From Deltaproteobacteria bacterium (GTDB taxonomy: Bacteria > Desulfobacterota > Syntrophia > Syntrophales > UBA2210), in the NCBI GenBank assembly GCA_019313385.1, contig JAFDBG010000002.1, positions 4,202 through 68,201 of the forward strand: a stretch of 64,000 bases of DNA, read 5' to 3'. The notes beneath the pieces were generated by a model, which saw only the letters and a list, made by a program, of their open reading frames with translations, did no database searches and was not told the origin of the DNA. The translations under genes were made by a program, and so were the position numbers. Within the stretch, counting starts at the first letter, position 1; the number at the start of each line of letters is the position of its first letter. Positions 9,458-18,519 of this stretch are shown here, piece after piece.

Positions 9458-10771
9458 GTGAAGGTTATAAGCACAGATGAAAGCTCATTCGCGGGGGAAC
9501 TCGATCGCATAAAAAACAGACGGAATTCTGTCCCCCAGGCCGTGGAGGATGTTGTATCCAAAATCCTGGATGACGTGGTGGCAAGGGGAGATGATGCACT
9601 CTTTGAGTACACGGAAAAGTTTGACGGCATTCTCCTCAACCCCCGTACAGTCGAGGTCTCTCCGGACGAGATAGAAACGGCATTTCGTGAAGTCAACGCC
9701 GATGATGTGGATATTCTTAAGTTCTCTGCCGCAAGAATAGAAGATTTTCACAGGAGACAGATTGAAGAGTCATGGTCTTATTCCGATGACGAGGGGATAG
9801 AGCTCGGGCAAATATTGCGCCCCCTTGAACGTGTCGGCATATATGCGCCGGGTGGTCTCGCGACGTATCCCTCCACGGTATTGATGGCTGCGGTGCCTGC
9901 CGGGATCGCGGGTGTCGGAGAAATCATACTTGTCACCCCCGCGAGAAATGGGTACATAAATCCCCTGATGCTCGTTGCCGCGAGACTGTCTGGTGTGGAC
10001 CGGATATTCAAAATAGGCGGCGCTCAGGCTATAGCCGCGCTTGCCTGCGGCACAGAGTCCATTCCGCGGGTGGACAAAATAGTCGGCCCCGGGAATATCT
10101 ACGTGGCCACCGCAAAGAGGATGGTGTATGGGAAAACAGGGATAGACATGATAGCCGGCCCCAGTGAGATAGTTATCATTTCCGATGGCATGATAGAACC
10201 GGAAGTGGTGGCCGCCGATCTCCTGTCTCAGGCCGAGCATGACCCGATGGCCGGCGCTATTCTCCTTACACCAGACAGAGAATTTGCCTGCAAGGTTGCC
10301 GCCGAAGCCCAACTGAAGGCAAAAGAGCTTGAGAGCCCGGTGGCTGCGGAGGCACTGGAAAATTATGGCGCGGCAATTATAACCGCGGATATGGATGAGG
10401 CTGTAGATATCGCGAACAGCCTCGCGCCGGAGCACCTTGAGTTGGCAGTGGAAAAACCCAAAGCTCTCCTGAGCAGGATAACCAACGCGGGAGCGGTATT
10501 CCTCGGGCAAAATACCCCGGAAGTTCTGGGGGATTATATCGCGGGCCCGAACCATATACTCCCCACCGGGGGAACGGCGAGATTTTCTTCACCACTTGGG
10601 GTCTACGATTTCATCAAAAGGATAAATGTAATATCCTTTTCCGGCAAAGCACTCGAGAAACACGGGTTAAAGGCTGCCGGATTTGCAGACATTGAAGGTC
10701 TTGAAGCGCACAAGAGATCAATTATGATACGCTTAAGAGGTAGAACGTCAAACAAAACAAAAAATTCTTGA
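9458..10771 (+). CDS. hisD: Histidinol dehydrogenase
   Basis: GTG start after AAGGAGGG; motifs LLSQAEHDP and GDYIAGPNHILPTGGTARF; 437 aa. Confidence 0.95.
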   Translation: MKVISTDESSFAGELDRIKNRRNSVPQAVEDVVSKILDDVVARGDDALFEYTEKFDGILLNPRTVEVSPDEIETAFREVNADDVDILKFSAARIEDFHRRQIEESWSYSDDEGIELGQILRPLERVGIYAPGGLATYPSTVLMAAVPAGIAGVGEIILVTPARNGYINPLMLVAARLSGVDRIFKIGGAQAIAALACGTESIPRVDKIVGPGNIYVATAKRMVYGKTGIDMIAGPSEIVIISDGMIEPEVVAADLLSQAEHDPMAGAILLTPDREFACKVAAEAQLKAKELESPVAAEALENYGAAIITADMDEAVDIANSLAPEHLELAVEKPKALLSRITNAGAVFLGQNTPEVLGDYIAGPNHILPTGGTARFSSPLGVYDFIKRINVISFSGKALEKHGLKAAGFADIEGLEAHKRSIMIRLRGRTSNKTKNS

Positions 10772-10796
10772 CAAAAAGTGCATGGTCGCCTAAAGG
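10768..10796 (+). promoter_or_regulatory. Candidate sigma70 promoter for tRNA-Gly
   Basis: TTGACA (10768-10773), 17-nt spacer, weak -10 TAAAGG (10791-10796). It lies about 20 nt upstream of the tRNA 5' end. Confidence 0.35.
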
Positions 10797-10815
10797 TCTG
10801 CACAGGAATTATTGA

Positions 10816-10890
10816 GCGGGCGTAATTCAGGGGTAGAATGTCAGCTTCCCAAGCTGAATGTCGTGGGTTCGAATCCCATCGCCCGCTCCA
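10816..10890 (+). tRNA. tRNA-Gly (anticodon CCC), CCA encoded
   Basis: 75-nt cloverleaf folded by hand. Acceptor GCGGGCG/CGCCCGC, D arm ATTC/GAAT, anticodon arm TCAGC-TTCCCAA-GCTGA, T arm GTGGG-TTCGAAT-CCCAT, discriminator T, CCA. Confidence 0.95.
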
Positions 10891-10939
10891 ATTTTTTTGG
10901 TTGCAAAAAAGTTCTTGCTGTGTTATCAGCACTTCAGAA

Positions 10940-10961
10940 GTGGGCTTTGCCCGCTTTTTTT
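10940..10961 (+). terminator. Candidate intrinsic terminator after tRNA-Gly
   Basis: GTGGGC-TTT-GCCCGC stem (one G-U pair) followed by TTTTTTT. Confidence 0.5.
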
Positions 10962-10978
10962 ATTTTTGATGGTGCGGA

Positions 10979-11458
10979 ATGGATCGTTCAACTCAATCAT
11001 ATCGCGAAAAGATAATGGACCTGGTTGAACCGGTCCTTGAGTCCGGAAGAATGGAGCTCGTCGACGTCGAATGCCTCAAGGGAAAAACCCGCTGGATGGT
11101 CAGGATTTATATAGACAAAGAGGGTGGGGTAGGTCTTGATGATTGCGCCATGATAAGCGGTGAGATTGGTGATCTTCTCGATGTAAATGAGACTCCTCCC
11201 GGTTCTTACTCTCTTGAGATATCATCACCGGGCCTTGACCGTCCCCTTGCGCGGGATAAAGATTTTATAAGGTACGCGGGACACAAAATCAGAATTCGCG
11301 TTGCCGAAAAGATAGAGGGAAAAAAGAATTTAAAGGGCCGACTGGTGGAGTTTATTGAGAAAGAAGGAGAAAAGATCGTCGTTATAAATGTGGAGGGAAG
11401 GGTTTATAACATACCGCGCAGTATGATAATAAAGGCAAATCTTCAATACGAATTTTAG
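10979..11458 (+). CDS. rimP: Ribosome maturation factor RimP
   Basis: MELVDVECLKGKTRWMVRIYIDKEGGVGLDDC; canonical position upstream of nusA-infB. Alternative start at ATG 11015. Confidence 0.9.
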   Translation: MDRSTQSYREKIMDLVEPVLESGRMELVDVECLKGKTRWMVRIYIDKEGGVGLDDCAMISGEIGDLLDVNETPPGSYSLEISSPGLDRPLARDKDFIRYAGHKIRIRVAEKIEGKKNLKGRLVEFIEKEGEKIVVINVEGRVYNIPRSMIIKANLQYEF

Positions 11459-11475
11459 CTCGGAGGGTCAGTAGC

Positions 11476-12744
11476 ATGTTGCCAGATCTCAAACGTCTCA
11501 TCGAACAGATGGGTAAGGAAAAGGGCATAGACAGTGAAATAATAATAGACGCACTGGAAACGGCTGTTTTAACCGCTGCAAGGAAGAAACTGGGGCTGGA
11601 TCTGGACCTTGAAGTGGCTTATAACGAGGAAGCGGGGGAAATAGAGACTTTCCTGTTTAAGACGGTGGTGGAACACGTTCTGAGTCCCGACTCGCAGATA
11701 TCCCTGGAAGAGGCGCGTGCAACCATGGATGAAGACGCGGAGCCGGGAGACAGCCTCGGAATAAAGATAGAGACGGATACCTTCGGCAGAATAGCCGTTC
11801 AGACAGCCAAGCAGATTATAATCCAGAAGGTCAAGGATGCCGAGCGCGACAATATTTACGAAGAATACAAAGACAGGAAAGGTGATCTTGTCAATGGTTT
11901 TGTGCAAAGATTTGAAGGGGGAAGTATAATCGTAAGCCTCGGCATGTCGGAAGGAATCATCCCTCCTTCTGAACAGATAAAGAGGGAATCTTTCAGGAGA
12001 GGGGAAAGAATAAGGGCATATATATACGATGTAAAAAGGGTTTCCAAGGGCCCACAGATACTGTTATCCAGAACACACCCCGGTTTTATCCGAACGCTCT
12101 TTGAAATGGAAGTTCCGGAAATATCAGAGGGTCTGATAGATATTGTCAATATAGCAAGAGAGCCGGGAAACAGGACCAAGATTTCTGTAAAATCGGAGGA
12201 CAAGGACATTGATCCGGTCGGAGCCTGTGTGGGAATGAGAGGATCAAGAGTGCAGGGTGTTGTGCAGGAGCTTCGGGGAGAAAAGATAGATATTGTTCCC
12301 TGTTCCGACGATCCTGTGAGATACGTATGCAACGCCCTGTCTCCGGCCAAGGTTGACAGGGTGTACATGGATGAAGATGCCAGGAGGATGGAGGTCATCG
12401 TGCCTGATGATCAGCTTTCTCTGGCTATTGGCAGGGCTGGTCAGAATGTCCGACTGGCAGCCAGGCTTACCGGCTGGAGGATTGATGTCAAAAATGAGGC
12501 TGGTGTGGCAAAAGAGGAAAAAGAAGGATCCGTATCCCTCATGAAGATCACCGGAATTGGTGAGCGTACAGCCGATCTTCTCTATGAAGAAGGATATAAG
12601 GGTATTGCGATGGTGGGTTCGGCGGAACCCGAGGCGTTGAGCTCCATAAAGGGAGTCAGCCAGAAGAAAGCCATCGCCTGGATTGAAGAAGCAAAGAAAA
12701 TTATTGATAACGAAGGCAGCAAAAATCCGTCTGAAGATATTTAA
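11476..12744 (+). CDS. nusA: Transcription termination/antitermination factor NusA
   Basis: S1 plus two KH regions (GACVGMRGSRVQGVVQEL, LAIGRAGQNVRLAARLTGW); 422 aa. Confidence 0.95.
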   Translation: MLPDLKRLIEQMGKEKGIDSEIIIDALETAVLTAARKKLGLDLDLEVAYNEEAGEIETFLFKTVVEHVLSPDSQISLEEARATMDEDAEPGDSLGIKIETDTFGRIAVQTAKQIIIQKVKDAERDNIYEEYKDRKGDLVNGFVQRFEGGSIIVSLGMSEGIIPPSEQIKRESFRRGERIRAYIYDVKRVSKGPQILLSRTHPGFIRTLFEMEVPEISEGLIDIVNIAREPGNRTKISVKSEDKDIDPVGACVGMRGSRVQGVVQELRGEKIDIVPCSDDPVRYVCNALSPAKVDRVYMDEDARRMEVIVPDDQLSLAIGRAGQNVRLAARLTGWRIDVKNEAGVAKEEKEGSVSLMKITGIGERTADLLYEEGYKGIAMVGSAEPEALSSIKGVSQKKAIAWIEEAKKIIDNEGSKNPSEDI

Positions 12745-12788
12745 AAACTGTTCGTATGTTATCAACAAGGCAATCGGGAGTCCCAATA

Positions 12789-15317
12789 ATGTCCAAAACA
12801 AGAGTCTACGAATTGGCGAAAGAGCTTGGCATAGATAACAAAGAGCTTATCGAACGGCTGGAGAAACTCGGGATAGCTGTCAAGGCCCCTTCCAGCTCTC
12901 TGGAAGATAGTGATGCTGAGAGGGTGCGAGGGGAGTTCGCGCTGGGCGATAAGAATGCAGTCGTAGAAAAAAGAGTCAAGAGAACGGTTATTAGAAGAAG
13001 AGCGATTCGGCAGCAAGTTCCCGAAATTGAGGAAACTCCTGATGGACTTCAACCTGAGACAGTACCGGAAGAAACGATAAAGGAAACGGAAAGAGAACCG
13101 GTGGCGGTTTCAGAAAAAGACGTTCCGGCAGAAGACAAGGCGAGGGAAAAGAGGGATGAGAAGAAAGAAAAAATCGCCACACCATTAATAAGACCACGTA
13201 AGTCGCTAATAAAAATCATCCGGGAAGCTCCAAAAAAAGAAATAAAGAAAATACCTCCGAAAGAGAATGTCTCTCCCAGGCCGGAGAAGAGGGCGCCGGT
13301 ACATCAAGAAGTCAAACCCGCGCGCGCGGAGGAGACTAAGAAAGAGGGAAAAGCGCCGGCATCTAAACCTTCATATAAGGGGAAAAAGCCTGTTGAGGTA
13401 CACATAGATAATGAACAAAGACGCAAAAAGGTCTTTGTCAAACAACGTGTCGATAAAAGAGCAGGCCGATCCAAAACCGGTAAAAACAGGGAAGGGCGTC
13501 ATAGCTGGAAAGAGGATAAGGTTTCTGCTTCCCGGATGAAGACGACGGAAATTACAACCCCCAGAGCGATAAAAAGAAGGATGAGAATAGAAGATGTCAT
13601 AAGAATAAGTGACCTCGCGAAGAAAATGGGTATTAAGGCCGGGGAGTTGATCAGCAAGTTTGTTTCTCTGGGCATGATGGTGACGATCAATCAGTCGATA
13701 GACATCGATGCCGCAACCCTCGTTGCCGGTGAATTTGGATATCAGGTGGAATCTGTCGGGGCAGAGTATGAAGATATCATGCACAGGGAGGAACCCCTGT
13801 CCAAAAGCCTTAAGCCGAGGGCTCCTGTAGTGACCATTATGGGTCATGTTGATCATGGCAAAACATCACTTCTGGATGTTGTAAGAAAGACAAATGTTAT
13901 AGAGGGGGAATCGGGCGGAATAACTCAGGCGATAGGGGCGTATCATGTGCGTATCAGGGAAAAGGATATTGTGTTCCTGGATACACCGGGGCACGAGGCC
14001 TTCACGACAATGAGGGCGAGGGGAGCCCAGGTAACCGATATCGTGGTGCTTGTGGTTGCCGCTGACGATGGTGTTATGGATCAGACGGTTGAAGCGATCA
14101 ATCATTCCAGGGCCGCTGGCGTCCCCATCATAGTTGCGGTCAATAAGATCGATAAGCCAAATGCCGACCCGGAAAGGATAAAACAGCAGCTTTCGGACTT
14201 CGACCTTGTGCCAGAGGCGTGGGGGGGGGATACCATCTATGCGGAGGTTTCGGCGAAGGGAAAAACAGGAATAGAGGAATTACTGGAATTGATCCTCCTC
14301 CAGGCAGATGTCATGGAGCTTAAGGCCGATCCGGACAGACTGGCGCGAGGAGTTGTTATTGAGGCGAGACTCGACAGGGGAAGAGGCCCTGTGGCTACTG
14401 TTATCGTTCAGGAAGGCACCCTGAGAGAGGGGGATGCTATTGTTTCCAGGATGGAGTACGGCAGAGTACGAGCCATGACCAATGACAAGGGGTTCAGAGT
14501 TACAGAAGCTGGGCCTTCGATGCCGGTGGAGGTTGTAGGCTTTTCCAGTGTGCCGCAGGCCGGCATGGATTTTGTCTCTGTGGAAGACGACAAAAAGGCG
14601 CGGGCCGCAGGCGAGCACTGGTTGAGAAAAGAACGGGAGAAAGAGCTTTCCAGAACTTCGAAGATTACGCTTGAGCAACTGTATGAGAGGATTAAGGGGG
14701 GCGCCAAGGAGCTGAAAGTTGTTATCAAGGCCGATGTTCAGGGATCGGTGGAGGCACTTTCGGAGGCTCTCGTTAAACTCAGCACGGACGATGTGAAGCT
14801 GAAACTGATCCACAACTCCGCGGGTGCGATCACTGAAACAGACATCATGCTGGCGTCGGCGTCCGATGCGATAGTAATAGGATTCAAGGTCAGGCCTGAC
14901 GCGAGGGTTTCGGAAATTATCGAAAAGGAAGGTGTGAGTGTCAAGCTTTACGATGTCATATACGATGCAATCTCTGATGTAAGAGATGCCATGGAAGGGT
15001 TGCTTGATCCCATTTATAAAGAGGTTGTTGAGGGACGAGCGGATGTTATCCAGGTGTTTAAGGTGTCAAAAATCGGCACTATTGCGGGAACCCGTGTGAC
15101 CGATGGCAAAATGACCCGAAATGCCAGATTGAGGTTGTTGAGGGGCGGAACAGTTATTCATGACGGTAAATTCCTGTCGCTCAAGAGATTCAAGGATGAT
15201 GCAAGGGAGGTGCTCTCCGGTTTCGAATGCGGTATTGGGATAGAAAACTTTAATGATATCAGAGAAGGAGATATCATAGAAACTTATACAAAAGAAGAAA
15301 TGGCCAGGAAATTATAG
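12789..15317 (+). CDS. infB: Translation initiation factor IF-2
   Basis: ATG 12789 after GGGAG gives [14 protein letters not shown]. Lys/Glu-rich linker, then GTPase motifs [20 protein letters not shown] and NKIDK. Confidence 0.95.
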   Translation: MSKTRVYELAKELGIDNKELIERLEKLGIAVKAPSSSLEDSDAERVRGEFALGDKNAVVEKRVKRTVIRRRAIRQQVPEIEETPDGLQPETVPEETIKETEREPVAVSEKDVPAEDKAREKRDEKKEKIATPLIRPRKSLIKIIREAPKKEIKKIPPKENVSPRPEKRAPVHQEVKPARAEETKKEGKAPASKPSYKGKKPVEVHIDNEQRRKKVFVKQRVDKRAGRSKTGKNREGRHSWKEDKVSASRMKTTEITTPRAIKRRMRIEDVIRISDLAKKMGIKAGELISKFVSLGMMVTINQSIDIDAATLVAGEFGYQVESVGAEYEDIMHREEPLSKSLKPRAPVVTIMGHVDHGKTSLLDVVRKTNVIEGESGGITQAIGAYHVRIREKDIVFLDTPGHEAFTTMRARGAQVTDIVVLVVAADDGVMDQTVEAINHSRAAGVPIIVAVNKIDKPNADPERIKQQLSDFDLVPEAWGGDTIYAEVSAKGKTGIEELLELILLQADVMELKADPDRLARGVVIEARLDRGRGPVATVIVQEGTLREGDAIVSRMEYGRVRAMTNDKGFRVTEAGPSMPVEVVGFSSVPQAGMDFVSVEDDKKARAAGEHWLRKEREKELSRTSKITLEQLYERIKGGAKELKVVIKADVQGSVEALSEALVKLSTDDVKLKLIHNSAGAITETDIMLASASDAIVIGFKVRPDARVSEIIEKEGVSVKLYDVIYDAISDVRDAMEGLLDPIYKEVVEGRADVIQVFKVSKIGTIAGTRVTDGKMTRNARLRLLRGGTVIHDGKFLSLKRFKDDAREVLSGFECGIGIENFNDIREGDIIETYTKEEMARKL

Positions 15318-15366
15318 GACTCATTTTATTGTGTTTTGAATCATCTCCCGATTAGTTGTGGTTATA

Positions 15367-15438
15367 AAAGGGTTCGAAATGCCAAGGGATCGAGTAAAAG
15401 AAAGTCTCGGACCCTCTTCTCCAACTAAATTGAAGGGC
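15367..15438 (+). repeat. Repeat family A copy (diverged) with 21-nt module shared with 18452-18472
   Basis: AAGGGATCGAGTAAAAG, then CCCTCTTCTCCAACTAAATTG (15412-15432). Confidence 0.7.
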
Positions 15439-15512
15439 TTAATCTGGCTGATATGGTTAATGTCGATACAGAAATTTACAATATATCGGATGCCGGAAAT
15501 GGCCGTGAGAAA

Positions 15513-15869
15513 ATGGATCAGATGAGTTTCAAAAGAGCTGATAAAGTTGCAGATCTCATAAAGACCGAGATTTCAGATATCCTGTTGAGGCGGATAAATG
15601 ATCCGCAGGTAAGGGAAATAACCGTCACCGGCGTCAAAGTGACAGATGACCTCCACCAGGCGAAGGTTTTTTTTGTCCGGACGGGAGAGGATACCTGCAG
15701 CGACGAGACAATGAAGGGCCTGCAGAGGGCTACCGGTTTTCTGAGAAGAGAACTGGGGAAAAGGTTGCGGCTTCGCTATATTCCCGAAATAAAGTTTATA
15801 TTTGATGGATCATTCGGATATGGAGATCGTATTGACAGATTACTGGCGGAAATAAAGAAAAATGTTTGA
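15513..15869 (+). CDS. rbfA: Ribosome-binding factor A
   Basis: KRADKVADLIKTEISDILL and VKVTDDLHQAKVFF. The start is uncertain: 15513 or 15522, versus ORF-track 15453. Confidence 0.88.
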   Translation: MDQMSFKRADKVADLIKTEISDILLRRINDPQVREITVTGVKVTDDLHQAKVFFVRTGEDTCSDETMKGLQRATGFLRRELGKRLRLRYIPEIKFIFDGSFGYGDRIDRLLAEIKKNV

Positions 15870-16824
15870 TAGAGCTATCGAAGTTATAAATTCCTGCTCC
15901 ACCTTTCTCATAGTTTCCCATGTAAGGCCGGATGGGGATGCCTTGGGGTCTGAGCTGGCCATGTATAACGTGTTGCGTGGCATGGGAAAGGATGTCGTTG
16001 TTTATAACCAGGACGAGACACCAGCCATGTATGAATTCCTCCCCGGTTCGCGCAATATTGTACATTCCCTGGATTCTGTAAACGGGTTTGACGCGGTTTT
16101 CGTTCTCGATTGCAGTGATATTGAAAGGGTCGGAGATAAAAATAACAGGATAGGTTCTATAAAAAATATTGTTAACATTGATCATCATGTCTCCGTCGGC
16201 ACATTTTCTGAAATATTGCTGGTGGATTCCACAGCGAGTTCCACGGGAGAGATAATCCACCGTCTTCTGAAGAAGATGGGGATTGCGATAAACGGAGACA
16301 TTGCCACGAATATATATACGGCTATCCTGACAGATACCGGCAGTTTCCACTATTCCAACACTGGAAGCGACACATTCAGGGCCGCGGCTGATCTGGTGGA
16401 CAAAGGAGCAAACTGCCGATACATAGCGGAGAAAATTTATGAGGCCAGACCAGCGACTCAGATCCGGCTGATGGGAAAAGCGCTGGATACCCTGGAGTTT
16501 TATGAAGGTAAAAAGGTGGGCTTCATTTATGTCACGCAGGAAATGCTTCGCAAGGAAGGCGCCTTGCCGGAGCACACAGAAGGATTTGTGGATATAGTCC
16601 GCTCAATACAGGGTGTTGAAATTGCTGCATGTTATTATGAGGTTTCCAGAAACCGCTTTAAGATAAGCCTTCGATCAAAGGGAAAAGCGAATGTGGAAAA
16701 AGTTGCGGGCAAATTGGGAGGGGGAGGACACAAGAATGCCTCCGCCTGCAGGATTGAGGGAAGCATTAAAGCAGTCAAGGGAAAAGTACTCGGCGCTATA
16801 AGGGCGTTGTGCGGCCCTTTATGA
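15862..16824 (+). CDS. nrnA: DHH/DHHA1 phosphoesterase (NrnA-like oligoribonuclease/pAp phosphatase)
   Basis: Motifs SHVRPDGDALGS, NIDHHVS and GGGGHKNASA. Confidence 0.8.
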   Translation: MFDRAIEVINSCSTFLIVSHVRPDGDALGSELAMYNVLRGMGKDVVVYNQDETPAMYEFLPGSRNIVHSLDSVNGFDAVFVLDCSDIERVGDKNNRIGSIKNIVNIDHHVSVGTFSEILLVDSTASSTGEIIHRLLKKMGIAINGDIATNIYTAILTDTGSFHYSNTGSDTFRAAADLVDKGANCRYIAEKIYEARPATQIRLMGKALDTLEFYEGKKVGFIYVTQEMLRKEGALPEHTEGFVDIVRSIQGVEIAACYYEVSRNRFKISLRSKGKANVEKVAGKLGGGGHKNASACRIEGSIKAVKGKVLGAIRALCGPL

Positions 16825-16832
16825 AAAGGGAT

Positions 16833-16976
16833 TTGTAACTACTCACGTAGTCAGGCTGAAGCTATTTAGACTGAAGGCTATTAGCTTTTTGTAACCTAAC
16901 CCCGATAAACGGGATAATTTCTAACTTACTAAATGCCTTCAGCCTACAGTCTAAACAACCGGAGCAGTTACAAGAG
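16833..16976. repeat. Repeat family C element with imperfect inverted ends
   Basis: Left end TTGTAACTACTC..GTCAGGCTGAAGCTATTTAGACTGAAGGC. Right end, reverse complement, TTGTAACTGCTC..TTTAGACTGTAGGCTGAAGGC. Confidence 0.7.
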
Positions 16977-17041
16977 AGTTAGCAAGATGAAGCTGAGCCC
17001 CGAGGTTCCTGGCAAATTTTTAAAAATATGAAGTTTATGAT

Positions 17042-17977
17042 ATGAATGGAGTGCTGATCATTGACAAACCGTCCGGCAGGACATCGTATGATATTGTCCG
17101 CGATGTTAAAAAATTGCTCGGGACAAAAAAAGTAGGTCACGCGGGAACGCTTGATCCACTGGCAACGGGGGTCCTCACCATTTGTGTAAATGAGGCCACC
17201 AAGCTCGCGCAGTTCTTTTCGAATGATGATAAGGACTATCGTGCCACGATGCTTCTGGGCGTCAGGACGGACACCCTTGATATAGAAGGTAAGGTGACAG
17301 AACGCTGTGAACCCCAACCCCATCTCCAGGCAGGAGAGATAAAGGGTGCGGTGGAGGGTTTTGTCGGTCGAATAGAGCAGAGGGTCCCTAAATATTCTGC
17401 CGTCAAGTTCAAGGGCAAGCCTCTCTATAAATGGACAAGACAGGGGGTTGACATTGAACCTCCTTTGAGAAAAGTTGACTTATATCATATAAACGTGGAA
17501 GAGGTAAGGATCCCCTATGTTACTTTTACAGTTTCCTGTTCGAAGGGTACCTATATAAGGTCGCTATGTGCCGATATCGGGGACCGGTTGGGATGCGGCG
17601 CGTGTTTGTCAGCCCTCAGACGAACGAGAAGCGGTTGTTTCAGTGAGAAAGATGCCATATCACTTGAAGGTCTCGCTAACGGGGAACGGGCCGGGATCCT
17701 TGAAAAAAAACTTATTCCCATGGCGGATGCACTGCCCGGTATCTGTAATATTACTGTTGACCAGGACACAGCAGGCAGGATAAGAAAAGGATATCAACCT
17801 GATCGTGGTGTTTTGGATGATAAAAATACTCCTTTGCTTGAGAAGGGAGCTCTGGTAAAATTCGTCCTGCAGGATGGCAGGATCATCGCTGTTGCAAAGA
17901 CGCTTTTTTCTTCGAAGGAAGTTTCTCTGCTGAGTGACGGAGAGCAGGCGGCTAAAATTTTAAGGGTGTTTAATTGA
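17042..17977 (+). CDS. truB: tRNA pseudouridine(55) synthase
   Basis: GVLIIDKPSGRTSYDIV and catalytic-Asp motif GHAGTLDPLATGVL. Confidence 0.93.
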   Translation: MNGVLIIDKPSGRTSYDIVRDVKKLLGTKKVGHAGTLDPLATGVLTICVNEATKLAQFFSNDDKDYRATMLLGVRTDTLDIEGKVTERCEPQPHLQAGEIKGAVEGFVGRIEQRVPKYSAVKFKGKPLYKWTRQGVDIEPPLRKVDLYHINVEEVRIPYVTFTVSCSKGTYIRSLCADIGDRLGCGACLSALRRTRSGCFSEKDAISLEGLANGERAGILEKKLIPMADALPGICNITVDQDTAGRIRKGYQPDRGVLDDKNTPLLEKGALVKFVLQDGRIIAVAKTLFSSKEVSLLSDGEQAAKILRVFN

Positions 17978-18019
17978 GAGAGACAAACAAGATAGATATA
18001 TAAGGGAGGATAAATAACC

Positions 18020-18286
18020 GTGTTAGATGAAGAAAGGAAAAAAGAGATAATAACTGATTTTCAGACCCATGAGGGAGATACAGGGTCTCCGGAAGTCCAG
18101 GTTGCGCTTCTGAGTGGAAGGATAACGTACCTGACAGATCACTTCAAGACACACAAAAAGGACCATCATTCCCGGAGGGGACTTTTGAAGCTTGTCGGGC
18201 AGAGGAGGAATATGCTCGATTATCTCAAGAAGAAAGACATAGAAAGGTATCGAGAACTCATCAAGCGTCTCGGCCTGAGAAGGTAG
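18020..18286 (+). CDS. rpsO: 30S ribosomal protein S15
   Basis: GTG start after GGGAGG; [40 protein letters not shown]. Confidence 0.95.
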   Translation: MLDEERKKEIITDFQTHEGDTGSPEVQVALLSGRITYLTDHFKTHKKDHHSRRGLLKLVGQRRNMLDYLKKKDIERYRELIKRLGLRR

Positions 18287-18360
18287 AGTAAATTGATCAT
18301 CTCCCTATTAGTTTCAGTTAATTAAGGCAAAATAAGTTCGTTATCTATAATTGATGCCAG

Positions 18361-18480
18361 AGGGGTCGTGTGATCAGGGATTCGAGGGGTCGAATGAAAT
18401 GCTGAGATACTACAAGGAAGGGTTCAATCCTTGACCCTTGGAATCCTTGGGCCCTCTTCTCCAACTAAATTGGAGAAGAA
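18361..18480 (+). repeat. Repeat family A full copy forming a long imperfect hairpin, plus an 8-bp stem-loop
   Basis: AGGGATTCGAGGGGTC pairs with GACCCTTGGAATCCT. CTTCTCCA-ACTAAAT-TGGAGAAG lies at 18456-18478. Confidence 0.75.
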
Positions 18481-18519
18481 CCAAACAACAAAATAAAGAA
18501 TAGAGGGGTAAATATTAAT

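Noticed and set aside
9770-10555. Long ORFs antisense to, or out of frame with, well-supported genes. Examples: 9770-10555 (-), 15796-16575 (-), 18868-19680 (-), 23149-23838 (-), 39147-39929 (+), 43210-43935 (+), 45847-46476 (+), 52428-53069 (+), 62463-63221 (-).
   Set aside because: Each lies entirely within a gene that has strong motif support. Their translations are low-complexity and Arg/Pro/Ser/Gly-rich with no recognisable motifs, which is the expected by-product of codon bias.
14221-14229. G9 homopolymer inside infB.
   Set aside because: It encodes the conserved WGG of IF-2 in an essential gene. Frameshifting here would be lethal, so it is not a plausible phase switch, though it remains a possible sequencing-error hotspot.
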